Below, one piece after another: positions 9,817 through 22,900 of a stretch of 64,000 nucleotides of DNA; the stretch's first letter is position 1, and the number at the start of each line of letters is the position of its first letter. The position numbers and the translations under genes are program-made. The stretch is taken from NCBI GenBank assembly GCA_043228905.1, contig JBHGNT010000020.1, forward strand, positions 9,238,001-9,302,000, written 5' to 3'. The stretch is from Azolla caroliniana. Taxonomy: Eukaryota > Plantae > Polypodiophyta. The notes beneath the pieces are model-generated. The model ran no database searches, was not told the origin of the DNA, and saw nothing but the letters and a program-made list of their open reading frames with translations.

Positions 9817-11449
9817 ATTTGGTTTCGGTTGACGAAGCTCGGTTCGGAGTTGACTACGAATCTTGTTGGAGTGCAGCCTGTTGGCTCACCCGATATCGTT
9901 CTAGTCGGATTTGAACCCGAGTCGGTTCGGCTTCGGATATATGTATTGTTGAACTTGCTCGAATTGACTACGGTAACCTGAGGGACAGAACCGACTGGTC
10001 TTCCCGAATGTCGCCGAGTCGGAGTGAGCCCGGTTCGCTTCGGATATATATGCCGAATACCGATTATTGAAACCGATTATCTGGACCGATTCGGCTTCGG
10101 GTGACTGCAGCGACGAGAGAGACGGATCCGACTGATCCTCCCGAATGTCGATCAGCCAGATGAAGCACGAATTTGGGTTGTTGTCAAAGTTGCACAAGGG
10201 GATTTCACCTCGAGCGGTTACGATCACAAGGGACAGAGTACAACCTGCTGGCTTACTCCAAGCAAGGGGATCTAATGCGATGAGGTGCAAACCTCGTTTT
10301 TGTTCTTCTTCTCTCTTTCTTCGAATGACGCAGGAAACCGAGTGCAGAGACGACGGCCGACAGCGGATTGAAGGACCGACTACTGTGCAGGCTCTGATAC
10401 CAGATGTTGGAAGCAATGTCGTCAGTGCGGAAGATCTTGAAGCACTCGATTCCTGTTTATTCCCTGTGTATGACAGAATGTAGGTCGTTGCACAGAGAGA
10501 GAGAGAGAGAGAGAGAGACACAAAAGACTCTTTATTTCACAAAGCAATAATACAACAACCAACCTCACAAAGAGGTTACAAGGTCACTATATATAGTGAC
10601 CGACTTAGGGCAACTACCCTTTATGCTAATTACATAAATGGTCTAAAACGGGATGGTGTGAATACGTCCATTATACACATGTATTCGACACTTTGCGCCA
10701 ACCTTCTGCGGTTGTGAGTGTTTTTCTGACTCGCCACATGGCACGCTCTCCACAGCGCGGTCCGTTGGCGAAAATCGCGTGGATGTTCACCCATTCACGT
10801 GGTTAGGGTGTCTGTGTTCTTATGCTAGTGTCATGTTGATCATGGATGGCCAGTGGGTGTTGGCATATTGTTTGGTTGGGCAACGCTATGCCTTGGGGGT
10901 CATCGAGGTCAGCGGGGTGTGATTCGAGTGTCGTTGCAATGAGGTCCTTGGACGTCATTCCATTTCCCGTTTGGAAGGAGACGATGTGCTTGTTGGGCGA
11001 TAGGTGTCATGAATAGTACTGAGATAGAGAAGGAATTAGTACTAAACGAAGGATTAGTACTATGAGAGGTGTGGAACTTCTTCGAGAGAAGGAAGAAGTG
11101 AGCGAGACAGAGAGAAAGAGAGAGATTGAGAAAGAGAGAAAGAGAGTGATGATAAGAAAGATATGTATTATATGAAGAGAATATACAATGGTGGCTAAAA
11201 GGCTTAAGACTGGCGTTGAACCAATTTGGTTCAACATAATGCCTAGTGCCCTCTTTTATAGTGTTTTCAAGAGTAATCCTGAAGCTTCTAGAATGTTCCA
11301 GAGAAATCTAGAATCTACACTAATTTCCTATAATAAAATGTAAATGAAAATAATGTCCTACGTATTACAATAGATGATCTAATGGTCAAGAGCTCGACCC
11401 ATATAACCTAAGGTCTTGGGTTCGAGTCTTGCCATATCATGACACTATC

Positions 11450-14400
11450 CCCCCTTTAAAACGACGAGTGTCACGAGTCGTCTTGGATTGAGGACCTGGT
11501 TTGTGTGGATATTGACGATGGAAGTCTTCAAGAAGAGCACGAGCATTGGTCACATTCTCGATCGGTTCCCAAGTACGTTCGCTAGGGCTATAGCCTAGCC
11601 AATCGACTAGATAGTAGAGCTTGTTGCGAACAATCTTGGAATCAAGGATGGCGGCAACCTCGTACTCCGGCCCATCTTCAAGCTCGATTGGGGGTGGAGG
11701 TTGGATAAGACGTCATGGGATGGTGCTCTCGTGGTAGGGTTCGAGGAGGGAACTATGAAACACTGGATGTATCCGAAGTTGAGGAGGTAGATCGAGACGA
11801 AAAGCGACATCATTAATCTGTCCAATAATACGGAAAGGACCTAATCGCCGATAATCTAACTTCTCACATGGACGAGTAGTCTTGATGTGTCGTCGTAGCA
11901 GCCACACCCGATCTCCAATATTAAAACTGGATGGAAGTCGATGACGATCCGCGTAGACCTTGTGTGTTTGTTGAGCTTGTTGGAGATGAGTAGATAAATC
12001 CGCTTGTATCTTGCGTAACTGCTCCAGACGATCCTCCGCGCACGGATTTGTGGACACCTCTGGGGTTTCAAGTACACTCCACCAGGGGTGACATCCCATA
12101 TAAGCATAAAATGGCGTAACTTTAGTGGATGCGTGGATAGAGTTGTTATAGGCAAATTCGTCGAAGTGGAGAATATCTGCCCAGTCATCTTGATGATAGC
12201 TGAGAAAGCACCGCAGATACTACTCCAACGTTTGATTTGTTCATTCAGCTTGGCCGTCAATTTGTGGGTGGTAGCCGGAGGAGAGGTTACAAGTGACCTT
12301 GAGCATGTTAAAAAGGTGCTTCCAGAATTTTGACACGAACTGGGGTCCACGGTCGCTGATGATACTATCAGGAAGTCCATGATGCCGACATACTTCACGC
12401 ATGACAATTTCGGCAGTGTCTTCACTAGAGATCTCCTTAGTACATGGCAAGAAATGAGCCATCTTCGTATATCGATCGACCACCGTTAGAATCGCATTGA
12501 ACCCCTTAGAGACTGGAAGATCTGTGATGAAGTCTAGAGCAATGGATTGCCACGGCTTGCTTGGAATTGGTAATGGTTCTAATAAACCATATGGATGATG
12601 CCTTGGCATTTTCGCTCTGCAACATGTATCACAAGTCCGAACAAAATCGTCGACAAATTGTCGCATACAGGGCCACTAGAATGTTCGTTGTACTAAATGT
12701 AATGTTTTAGTACTACCAAAATGCCCAGCTATATATGTGTCATGACAGTTTTGTACTACTCGAAGGCGGCAAGAACCATTAGGAACATACAAAAGTTCTT
12801 TAAAGAAGAGTAATCCATCATGGTATTTGAATTGCCGATAGTCCGTACCTGGTGGTTGCGACTGTGAACACGACGCTCGAGAGGGATCAATTTGTGCTAG
12901 TATAGCTTGGGCGAACGCATCTGTCTTCAAGTCTTCACGTATGGTATCGATAGCGCGGGAATCCATAGGCATGTCAAAGATATGTGTTGCTTGTAGTCGT
13001 GCCGGTCCCAAGATGACTTGTTTTTGGTTATCGAAAGCTGGCTCGCCGGGACGGGGTGCTAGATACGAACGCCGTGATAATGCATTTGCCTTCCCTTGGT
13101 GCCTCCCCGGACGATATGTAATTTTGAAGTCGAAACGCGTGAGGAAGTGGGCCCACCGAGCTTAACGTCGATTCAACACACGAGCATCCTAAAAGTAGGC
13201 AAGATTCTTGTGGTCACTAAATACGGTGACTGGATGAGAGGATCCCTCCAGAAAATGCCTCCATTGCATAAAAGAATCCAGTATTGCCAATAGCTCCTTA
13301 TCATGAATTTCGTAGTTGATTTCGGCGGCGTCAAACTTGCGTGAGTGAAAAGCCACAGGATGTAGCTTCTCATCATTCCCCTGTTGTGACAGAATGCTCC
13401 CCAATGCAAAATCTGATGCGTCAGCTTCGATAATGAATAGTTTTTCCGGATCGACATGAGCTAGAATTGGAGCCGATGTAAATGCCTTTTTAAGACTCTC
13501 GAAAGCCATGTCTGTTTCTTCAGACCAGATGAACGGTTGTCCCTTCCTGGTAAGTTGTGTGAGAGGTAGAACGATCTTTGAGTAATCTTGTATGAACTTC
13601 CGGTAAAAATTGGCAAAGCCTAAGAAGCATTGCACATCCCGCACCGAACGCGGAGTTTGCCATTCTACCACCGTTTTGACCTTAGCTGGGTCCATGGAGA
13701 TGCCTTCTGACGAAATGATGTAGCCGAGAAATTCCACTTGGTTGCACCCGAAACTACATTTTTCCAGCTTTGCATAAAGACCATGTTCTCGAAGTCGTTT
13801 TAGTACTAATAGTACATGAGAATCATGTTCTTCTTGGGTCTTTGAATAAACCAGTAGATCATCCAAATAGATGATCAAACAATCATCCAATAGATCTCGG
13901 AATATATCATTAGCCATGTGCTGGAAGACTGCCGGCGCATTAGTGAGGCCGAACGGCATGACCGTATACTCGAAGTGCCTATGTCTGGTGCGAAACGCGG
14001 TCTTCCATTCGTCTCCTAGTCGGATCCATATGAGGTTATATGCTCCCCGTAAGTCGATCTTCGTGAAGAACCTGACACCATTGATCCGTTCTAAAAGACT
14101 TGAGATAAGGGGAAGACCATACCTATTCCTGATTGTAACCTTATTCAAGCCACGGTAATCTACAACGAGACGAAGCGATCCATCTTTTTTTTTTACAAAG
14201 AAAATGGGCGCGCCGGCTGGAGATTTCGAATGCTGAATGAAACCATTTTCCAAATTCTCCTCTATATAGGCCCGAAGGACTTCCAGCTCGGTTGGTGACA
14301 AATTGTTGATCGGTCCCCATGGCGGCTCTTTTCCCGGTTGTAAATCGATGGGGCAATCGTACGGTCGATGATGAGGAAGTGTGTTGGCTTGTACTTTATC

Positions 14401-15033
14401 GAACACATCAGCGTAATGACGATACTTCTCGAGAAGTTGAATGGTGGATTCTTCTTTAGTGGTGCTGGAGGGGTTTACTGATATTGCAAAGAGGAACATT
14501 TCCTCCTTGCGCCCTTCTTTACGCAACTGACGTAGCGAAATGGTTGCCATCTTCTGAGTTGACCCTTGGGTTTGTCGACACTAGATTTCTCTTGTTCTCC
14601 AATCTATGTCTGGGTTATGTAACTCGAACCACGGTAATCCTAAAACTATAGGATGTTCTGGGATACTAATAATATTAAATGATACTACACATGCTAAGTT
14701 ATCTAGGACAATATTAATGGGCTCTGACTCTTCTATGATATTTCCGGAAGCAATGGGACGTCCATCAATGACTACTTCAGAGGCTGGACACTGGAGTTTT
14801 CTTAGGGATATCTTATGAGCTTAAGCAAATTTCTTATCCATAAAGCAAGAGTTAGCTCCGGAATCTAGGAGTGCTAGGACATGTACTGGAGGGGTACTTT
14901 TAGTACTAACTATTACTTGGGCTACGAACACATCACTAACTTGCTTAGAGGGAATGGAACCACTAATGGGCTGCACAGATCTAGGGTTGTCCAACCAAAC
15001 GGCTCCTATTTTGGTTGGACTTAGTTGTTTAAC
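11450..15033 (-). pseudogene. Tcn1-like pol (PR-RT-RH-INT-chromodomain) in the -1 frame relative to gag; several nonsense/frameshift lesions
   Basis: ALLDSGANSCFMD, YLDDLL, EADASDFALG, IALDFITDLP, LGPFRII..IHPVFH, chromodomain GPEYEVAAILD..YYLVDWLGY..RTWEP. Confidence 0.9.
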
Positions 15034-16178
15034 TCTTCTTCTAACTGACTAAGGACATCAAATTTGTTTGCTAGATTTGGGATATTAGTACTATTAGTAC
15101 TATTAGGACTATCAGATATCCCTACTGAAATAGGCTCGGATTTAGTACAATTAGAACTAGCGACTATTTGGTTTACCTGTCTTCTTGGCCTATGGGGGCA
15201 ATTTATTGCTATATGTCCTGGTCCACCGCAGTAAAGACATAGTCTATTTGTACGGCGTCGCTGCTTTTCTTCTTCGGATAATGGCCCTCGACGACGTGTA
15301 GTCTCAATCTCCATCGGAGTCGGAGTATTCGCTGGAGGCGCATTATATGACTCCCTCGGAAAAGTTCTTGCTACCACTGAGGCGTAGGTGTGCTCTGATC
15401 TTGCCCTCAGCATCTATAGTTGTCGTTCCGAACGTCGCTCAAAGAGGCGGTTGTCACATCTCACCGCGCGACTGATTGCTTCTGTTAAGGACTTTGGCTC
15501 TTCGGGGAAGGTCAATAGTAAATCCTTGACGTCGTTGCATAAACCATAACGGAATTGCTCCATCAATGCTTGATCATCCCAAGGGATATCGGCGGCGAGT
15601 AGGCGAAAATCTGTAGAGTATGCGGAGGCTGGACTGTCACCTTGGTGTAATCGCCGGATTTTGTTGATTGCGGTCCTGATGCTGTCAGTATCTCCGAAAC
15701 ATGCTTTAAACTCACCTAGAAACTCTTCAAAATTGTTGAGTAACGGAGATTCCTTTTCTAATAGTGGAGCGAACCATGACAACGCTGAGCCACTTAACAA
15801 AGTGCCTACTAAACCCACTCGTGATGCATCGGTCGGATATCGGGAAGGATGCATTTGAATAACTAATCGTACCTGGTTAAGGAACCCTCTAAACTGCGAT
15901 CGCATTCCATCGAACTTCGTGGGAATGCCAATCTTGGGTTCCTTATGAATCCCTTGTGTTCCGGGCCCTTGTTGTTGCATCGCTACGATGGTTGCTTCGA
16001 GTTGTTGCACGCGTAACGCAAGTTCCCCATGTTGTTGCGTTTGCTGCTTTTCTAAGGAGATTTGCTGAAGATCCCCCAACAACCGTTGGTTTTCTTGTTC
16101 CAAAGCATGGAACTTCTCCTTCAAGCATTGAAATTCCGAGAAAACAGATTGATATTCTTCAGCGCTAACAGTGGCCAT
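15021..16178 (-). pseudogene. Tcn1-like gag (one in-frame TAG at 15414-15416)
   Basis: KFDGMRSQFRGFLNQ, LSGSALSWF, knuckle CLYCGGPGHIAINC. Confidence 0.88.
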
Positions 16179-16691
16179 GGGATGAAAGAAAAGAGGAATA
16201 AAATATTGATGGAAATGAGAGGGACAGAAGGTAGGGAAAATTGGTTCAAACTGTCATGAACAATACTGAGACAGAGAAGGAATTAGTACTAAACGAAGGA
16301 TTAGTACTATGAGAGGTGTGGAACTTCTTCGAGAGAAGGAAGAAGTGAGCGAGACAGAGAGAAAGAGAGAGATTGAGAAAGAGAGAAAGAGAGTGATGAT
16401 AAGAAAGATATGTATTATATGAAGAGAATATACAATGGTGGCTAAAAGGCTTAAGACTGGCGTTGAACCAATTTGGTTCAACATAATGCCTAGTGCCCTC
16501 TTTTATAGTGTTTTCAAGAGTAATCCTGAAGCTTCTAGAATGTTCCAAAGAAATCTGGAATATACACTAATTTCCTATAATAAAATGTAAATGAAAATAA
16601 TATCCTACGTATTACAATAGATGATCTAATGGTCAAGAGCTCGACCCATATAACCTAAGGTCATGGGTTCGAGTCTTGCCATATCATGACA

Positions 16692-16980
16692 ATAGGAGAC
16701 ATTCACTTATGTGACACCAATCTAGACCGAGGAGGCATTGTGTGTTCATCACTTTGGGTGGGAGTACGCGAACTTGGATTGAGTGGGCGTTGTATTCTGT
16801 CTTGATGTTACACACGAAGGTTCCCAGGCAACGTGATGTGGAACCATCAAAGCCACGGAAGTTGTCATTGCACACTTCGAGGTTTCGGCAACCTAGACGT
16901 CCCCATGTTTCAAAGGAGAAAAGGGTTAGTGATGCTCCTGTGTCAATTACCATCATCAAAGGCATGTCGTCGACACAACA
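16692..16980 (-). pseudogene. Second retropepsin-like aspartic protease domain downstream of the integrase; frame continues at 10999 downward
   Basis: MVIDTGASLTLFS...GFDGS...CLLGLDWC. After removing the Tcn1 insertion and one ATAGG the frame reads ..ECLL-SPNKHIVSFQ. Confidence 0.75.
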
Positions 16981-19900
16981 CTATAGTTGTATTGCTCCTT
17001 CATTCGAGTTGACCACCTTAGCCATGGCTACCGGATGGGTGTGCCCTTGTCGCTTCAATTTCACTTGCGTATTGTGAAGGTCGGTTTCGAGCCGAGCCAT
17101 TCGGTTTTCGGAGGCCTTAAGTTTGGCTTCTACTTCTTGTTGTCGAGCCGTGAGTAGAGCCTCGAGGGTGAGGGGTCCGTAGTAATGCTTGAGCTTGCTC
17201 TCATTGATGAATTCGGAGATATCGAGGCCTTCGAGCGTGCGTAGGCGACATGCTCCTATCTTGGTAATCTACGAGACTACATATGGACCCTCACCACGTA
17301 ACTTACACTTCTTCTTGTGTCGTTGAGAGGCGAATTTGAGGGCCACGTCTCCTTCAGCGAGATCTTTGTTCCTTACTTTATTGTCGTGCCACATCTTTCT
17401 ATTGGCCTTCTCTGCCAAGAGTGCCTGGAAGGCGAGAAGGCGAGTTTCGGTCAGCCGTTCTAGGTTCTCTAGACGTGACAAGAGGTGGTCCCCGTCCCAT
17501 CGTTCTTGTATGGCTATCCTGAGGCTGGGGACCAGGAACTCAATGGGTAATACTGCTTCTTGTCCATACACTAGTTTGAATGGTGTGTAGCGAGTTGCAA
17601 CTTTGTAGGAAGTACGGAAAGCCCATAATGCCGCTTGGAGTTTGATGCTCCAATCAGACCGTGAGGCGGCGATTATCTTTGTGAGCACTGCACATAATAC
17701 CTTATTCGCGCTTTCCGCTTGTCCATTGCATCGAGGGTAATAAGGAGAACTCTTGCGGTGTGTCACCATAAATTAGCCTAGTAGATGTCCTATCACTTCG
17801 TTGAGGAAGTGGGAGCCTTGGTCACTAATGATTTCAAGCGGACATCCAAACCGTACTATGACATTTTCATATTGGAATTTTGGTGGTGCTACACGCGTTG
17901 GCATTAACGCAAGCTTTAGCTTCTACCCACTTGGTAGCGTAGTCAGTGGCAGTTATTATGTATCGATTGAGGTTGGAAGCTAGGCTAATTGGGCTGATAA
18001 AGTCGATACCCCATTTCTCGAATGGTTGCCATGCCACCACCGGGTTTAACGTATTGAAATCCGCTTTTAGTGGGTGTTTGAAACGTTGGCACTCGTCACA
18101 ACAGCATACATACTCGTATGTGTCTTTGAAGAGTGTTGACCACCATAGGCCGAACTGGAGGATCTTGCACGCGGTGACCTCGTGATTGAAATGACCACTT
18201 CCGCTTCCGTAATGAGCTTGTTCGAGGGTGGCGACAACGTTGTGGTCTGTGACACACCTCCGCAATAGATCGTCGTTACCACGTCAGTACAAGTTGCCTC
18301 TGAGAATCATGAAGGGGCCACATTTCTTTAACAAGATACACATGTGTGCCCGAGGTAGTTGTTTGAGGAAGGACGCTCCTTCAGTTAGGACTCGAACAAT
18401 ATCTAATGCCCATGTTGGTACGGTGTCGATCGTGAATAATGCTGCATCTAGTGTTTCATCATCGACCCCAATGGCTTCTTCTCCATTTGGTATCCGGGAG
18501 AAATTATCAGCGAGTACATGGTCTTTTCCTTTTCTCACCACTACCTTGAAGTCGAACTTGAGTAACGTTACGATCCATCATGAGATTCGTCCGGTGGCGT
18601 GAGTTTTATTTACCAGGTAGAGTAGGGCCTGATGATCTACAAAACACGAGAATCGTGACGCTAAGAGGTAGTGGAGGAAATTTTTTACGCTGTAAACCAT
18701 GGCCAAAGCTTCCCGTTCCGTCGTGGAGTAATTTTGTTCCGCGGCGTTTAGTTGGCGACTAGCGAAGGTGACCGGTAGGTCGAGTGCCCCTTCGCCCAGT
18801 TGAGCTAGCAGTGCACCAATCGCAAAGGCGGAAGCGTCGGTGTGAACGTGGAATTCTTTGGTCCAATATGGGGGCTGGAGGATGGGGGCCTTTGTTAGGC
18901 ACTCTTTCAAGAGCTTGAAGGAGTGTGTGCATTCTTCTATCTAAGCAAACTACTTTAGTAGGGCGTAGAGCGGTCTGGCCTTGTCTGCGAACATCTTAAT
19001 GAAGCGTCTATAGCAACCTACGTATCCCATGAACCCTTGTAGTTGTTTCTCGTTCGTGGGAGGTGTCATGTTGAGGATGAGTTTTACTTTTGCCTCATCG
19101 GTCGAGATCCCATGGTGGGACACAACGTGCCCTAATATTAATCCGTGCTTGACCCAGAACTGACACTTGAGTGGGTTGAGAGAGAGTTGATAGGTTTGGC
19201 ATTTTTTGAACGTCAAGCGGAGTAGCGCCAAGTGGTCATGCCACTTCGAATGGCAACATAAGTCGTCAACATAAGACTCCACCCCTTGTCGTAACCTTGC
19301 TGCGAAGATATGGTATGCCGCTCTTTGGTAGGTGCTCAAGGCACTTGTGAGTCCGAAAGGCATCTGCTTATATGCGAACGTACCAAATTCGGTGGCGAAG
19401 GATGTTTTGTGTTGATCCTCAAGTACCACCGAGATTTGGTTGTACCCCAAGAACCTGTCGATGAAGCTATAAGCTTCGGCTCCCACGATTCTCTCAAGTA
19501 GATGCTCGATGTAGGGCACCGGGTAGTTGTCCTTGATGGTGGCTTCGTTGACTTGGCGGTAGTCGACACATATGCGTATTTGGCCATTTTTCTTCGGGAC
19601 AACTACAATCGGGGAGACCCAAGTAGTTCATTTGATCGGGTAGATGATGCCTGCGGCCAACATTTTGTTGATTTCGGCTTTTACTTGTTGGGCATAGTTA
19701 GGATTCATTGGGTGCAGCCTTTGCCGGATTGGGCAGGTGTCGGCTCGCATGGGGATACTATGAGTGACGACCTCGGCTGGGACCCCCTTCATATCGACGT
19801 ACGACCATGTGAACACATCGCTAAATTCTGTGAGGAGGTGATCAAAGACGTCTCCTCGTCCGACTGGAGATCTGCGGCTATGAACACTGGTTTGGAGTTC

Positions 19901-22900
19901 GTCCCTTTCCCGAGGTTGATTTCTTTCGCCCTTGCCAGTCCATCATAGACTTCTCCTAGGCCTTGGGGGGTGCGTTGTGGTCTCTTACAAGCCACTGCCC
20001 GATTCTCTTGTTCATAAAGTTTGAAATGCTCTGGGAAGTCCACTTCCGTCGAGGTCTTCTGAGTGGTCGTGGCGTCACCTGGACGTGTGACTCGTTGGAC
20101 CAGGTCTTCCTCCCTTACGTCTACTTGTTTTCGCTGGGATCTAAGGGTGGTGACGTTGAAGCAAGAGATTGTGTCTTCGTCCTCATCACAACACTTTGTA
20201 CCTATAGGGTACATTGCGTCGGTTGTGGCGAGAGTGTGTACCCAATTCATCTTTGACGTCTCAGAAGCGACGGATTGGTCATCTCTCTCACATATGTTCC
20301 CCTCTTTGGAATTGGCGGGTTTTTGGGGGAACAATTGGCCTTTGGCCAAGAGTTGAACTGTCTTTGTGGGGTTGCACGCTAGGAGGTTGGTCTCGAACTC
20401 GGTGGTTTCTGACCAATCCTCTACGAGAGGGTTGCCTTCTTGTTCATGCACTTTTTGTGTGTATGCTTTGATGCGGAAGGTTTTATTGTCTTTACGCATA
20501 TAGATTATATCGTTCCCAAAATCCATTACCAGGCGGCTTATACGTAGGAATGGTCTTCCCAGTAAGCACTCGTAGGCCACATGGTTGGATGATCTTATGA
20601 CGACGAAGGTGAGATTGAACTCCACTCTGTGGATAGTGAAGTGATGCGCAGGGATCATGCCTTCCGGCCTTTGGATGGACCCATCTGCCATTCGTACTTT
20701 GACATCTGAAGGAAGCATTTTTGGGCTCCCCCACTTCGTAGTTGACGATACTTACCCCTACTCCGGTGTGAATGATTGTGTCACACGTCTTACCATTGAT
20801 GCAGACTGGTAGAGTGAAACTAGTATCGTCGCTCTCGAAGTGAGCTTCGTGTATATCAACTGGTGATCCTTCGGGTTGCTTGAGGATTGTGGACGTATGA
20901 GGGGTGTGGGTGTGTATCCTTTCGCCATAGCCTGCTGATAGGCTACCACTGAGGCATCGGAGGACGTCGTGCCACGGTTGAATGTCGAGTTTGAGTAGTT
21001 CTTCAAGCGTAAACTCTATCTCCTTGGCGAGTAGAGGTCATAGTAGGGGATTGTCGGCTACGAAGGTGCTAGTGTAGCTCTGCACTTCGCGTAATGTGAG
21101 TCGTAATCTTAAATTTAAGATTTGTTGGAGTAGGGTTGTGTTGACCTCTTTGATCGGGGTAGGATGGCAGGTGGGGGTGTCGGTTGGTGTGACGACGGGG
21201 GGAGGTGAGGGGTTTACCCATTCTTCTAGTTGGTCGAAGTTTAAGCTTGGGAGACTAAGTGATTTTTTGAACTGTTCGTGGTGTATGAGTTTAATGTATT
21301 CTTCAACCTTTTGTTTCTCAGCTACTGGGTTTGGGTATGCCACTAGGTGTGCCGGTAGCTCTTGGTTAGGATTGACGGGTAATGTTTCTATGTCTCCCTC
21401 CGGATCTCGATCTTGTTTTGAGGCTTGCGTGCATGTATTTTTTCTAGATTTTCGTCTCTTACGCGTGGCCACGGGGAGACCTTGATCTTGGTATTTTAAA
21501 TTGTGAGCTACTCGCTGGGCTTGTGTGATGACATTGGCGCCAATTGTGGATGGTACAATGGACAACAGATTTGTGCCAAACCTTTTCTTTTTTTCCGGGT
21601 AATCAGGTACTAAGTGTTCCTCACCGCACCTTGTGCATGATGCTTCTCTTTGGAACCATTCGATAAGATCCTGCGACTGTTGGGTGAGACCTTGCGCTAG
21701 TGGTTATGAGGGTGTGTCGAGTGGGGGGTGTCGTGGTTGTTGTGCCATCCGGTTGTAGTATTCATGTTTGGTTGGGCACTCGCTAACCATATGTGGGCCT
21801 TGGCAGTTGAAACATTTCAATTCTGACCTCCTTAGATCATTGTTGCTGCGATATCCCATTGGGGGCCCACGTTGTTCCCCTCTCAGGACGTACACTGGTA
21901 TTTGGTCACCTTCGAAGTCCACGAAGTGGGACAGCACCTCTTCTTCAACACCATACTCTCGGTACGAGTCTTCATATTCAAGGGCGCTCGCCCCGACCTG
22001 GGTTTGGTTATCCGTGGTATATTCTAATTCGGCGAGGCGGGCGTCGATGCGTGGTAGTGGGGGTTGTTAGGGGAGTATCACTAGTAGTTGTGGGCGGCTA
22101 AGCGGTGGAGGTGAGCGTGGGTGCTCCACCATTGGTGTTTGGTCGTACCTTCCAGTGGGGGCTTGCCAGCAGTTCTCTTGAGGATGCATCACGAAAGCTT
22201 TGCACCACTTACAGTATTGCGGCCATCGTTGATGGAGGAGGGGACACTCATGTCTTGTGTGCTGGCCGTGGCATACCGTGCACCTTACATTTTCTCTTTG
22301 GGCGTATGCTTGGGGTCTTTCTATATGGGGTGGTCGCGGTGGTGTGGGTAGAGTAGGGGTGAGGTCCAAGGATTTCTTGCAGTTGTTCGTGGGTGCTTGA
22401 GTGGGTATCTGTAACCCCCTCATTGAATCTTCAAAGGTCATCACTATTGTTCAAGATTCAGCGAACGACCGACACATCTTGGCAATCAGGAAATTTTGGA
22501 GTGTCGGATCGAACAACCCATTAATGAAACGGCTCATCAATTTGTCGTCTGACATCTTGTCGCTCAGACTACAACGATGGTGCAGGCTTTTCATGCGACG
22601 TATGTAGTCCATGACCGTTTCGTTCACTTCTTGCTTGAGGGCGAAAAGTTGGTCAATCGGGTTCCATTTATTCTCTCGACTAGCGAAGTTTATCAAGAAA
22701 TCTTCGATGACATACTCGAAATCCGCGATGATGTCTTCATTCAAGGTTCGAAACCAAATTCCAGCTTGGTCATCAAGTGTAAGCCCAAATGCGGCTACCT
22801 TGGTGATCTCTGTGAGGGGTTCATAAGCGCGACAAATCTGTTTGAACCTCTCGACATGATCATAGGCATCACCGAAACCGAGAAAATGGGGTACTAGTTT

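Larger units (their letters stand above)
813..10690 (-). mobile_element. Ty1/Copia element A (Tnt1/Tork-like), young, interrupted twice
   Basis: 5' LTR 10405-10690 (286 bp), PBS 10391-10402, domain order gag-PR-INT-RT. Right flank CTTTG is the candidate TSD; the 3' end lies outside the window. Confidence 0.93.
11005..16691 (-). mobile_element. Full-length Tcn1-like chromovirus (Ty3/Gypsy), mildly decayed
   Basis: 440-bp LTRs at 11005-11444 and 16252-16691 (TGTCATGA...TCATGACA), TSD ATAGG (11000-11004 / 16692-16696), PPT next to 11445, gag-PR-RT-RH-INT-chromodomain. Confidence 0.93.

Noticed and set aside
11371-11433. Functional tRNA gene
   Set aside because: No convincing acceptor stem or full cloverleaf; only the promoter boxes and their spacing are retained.
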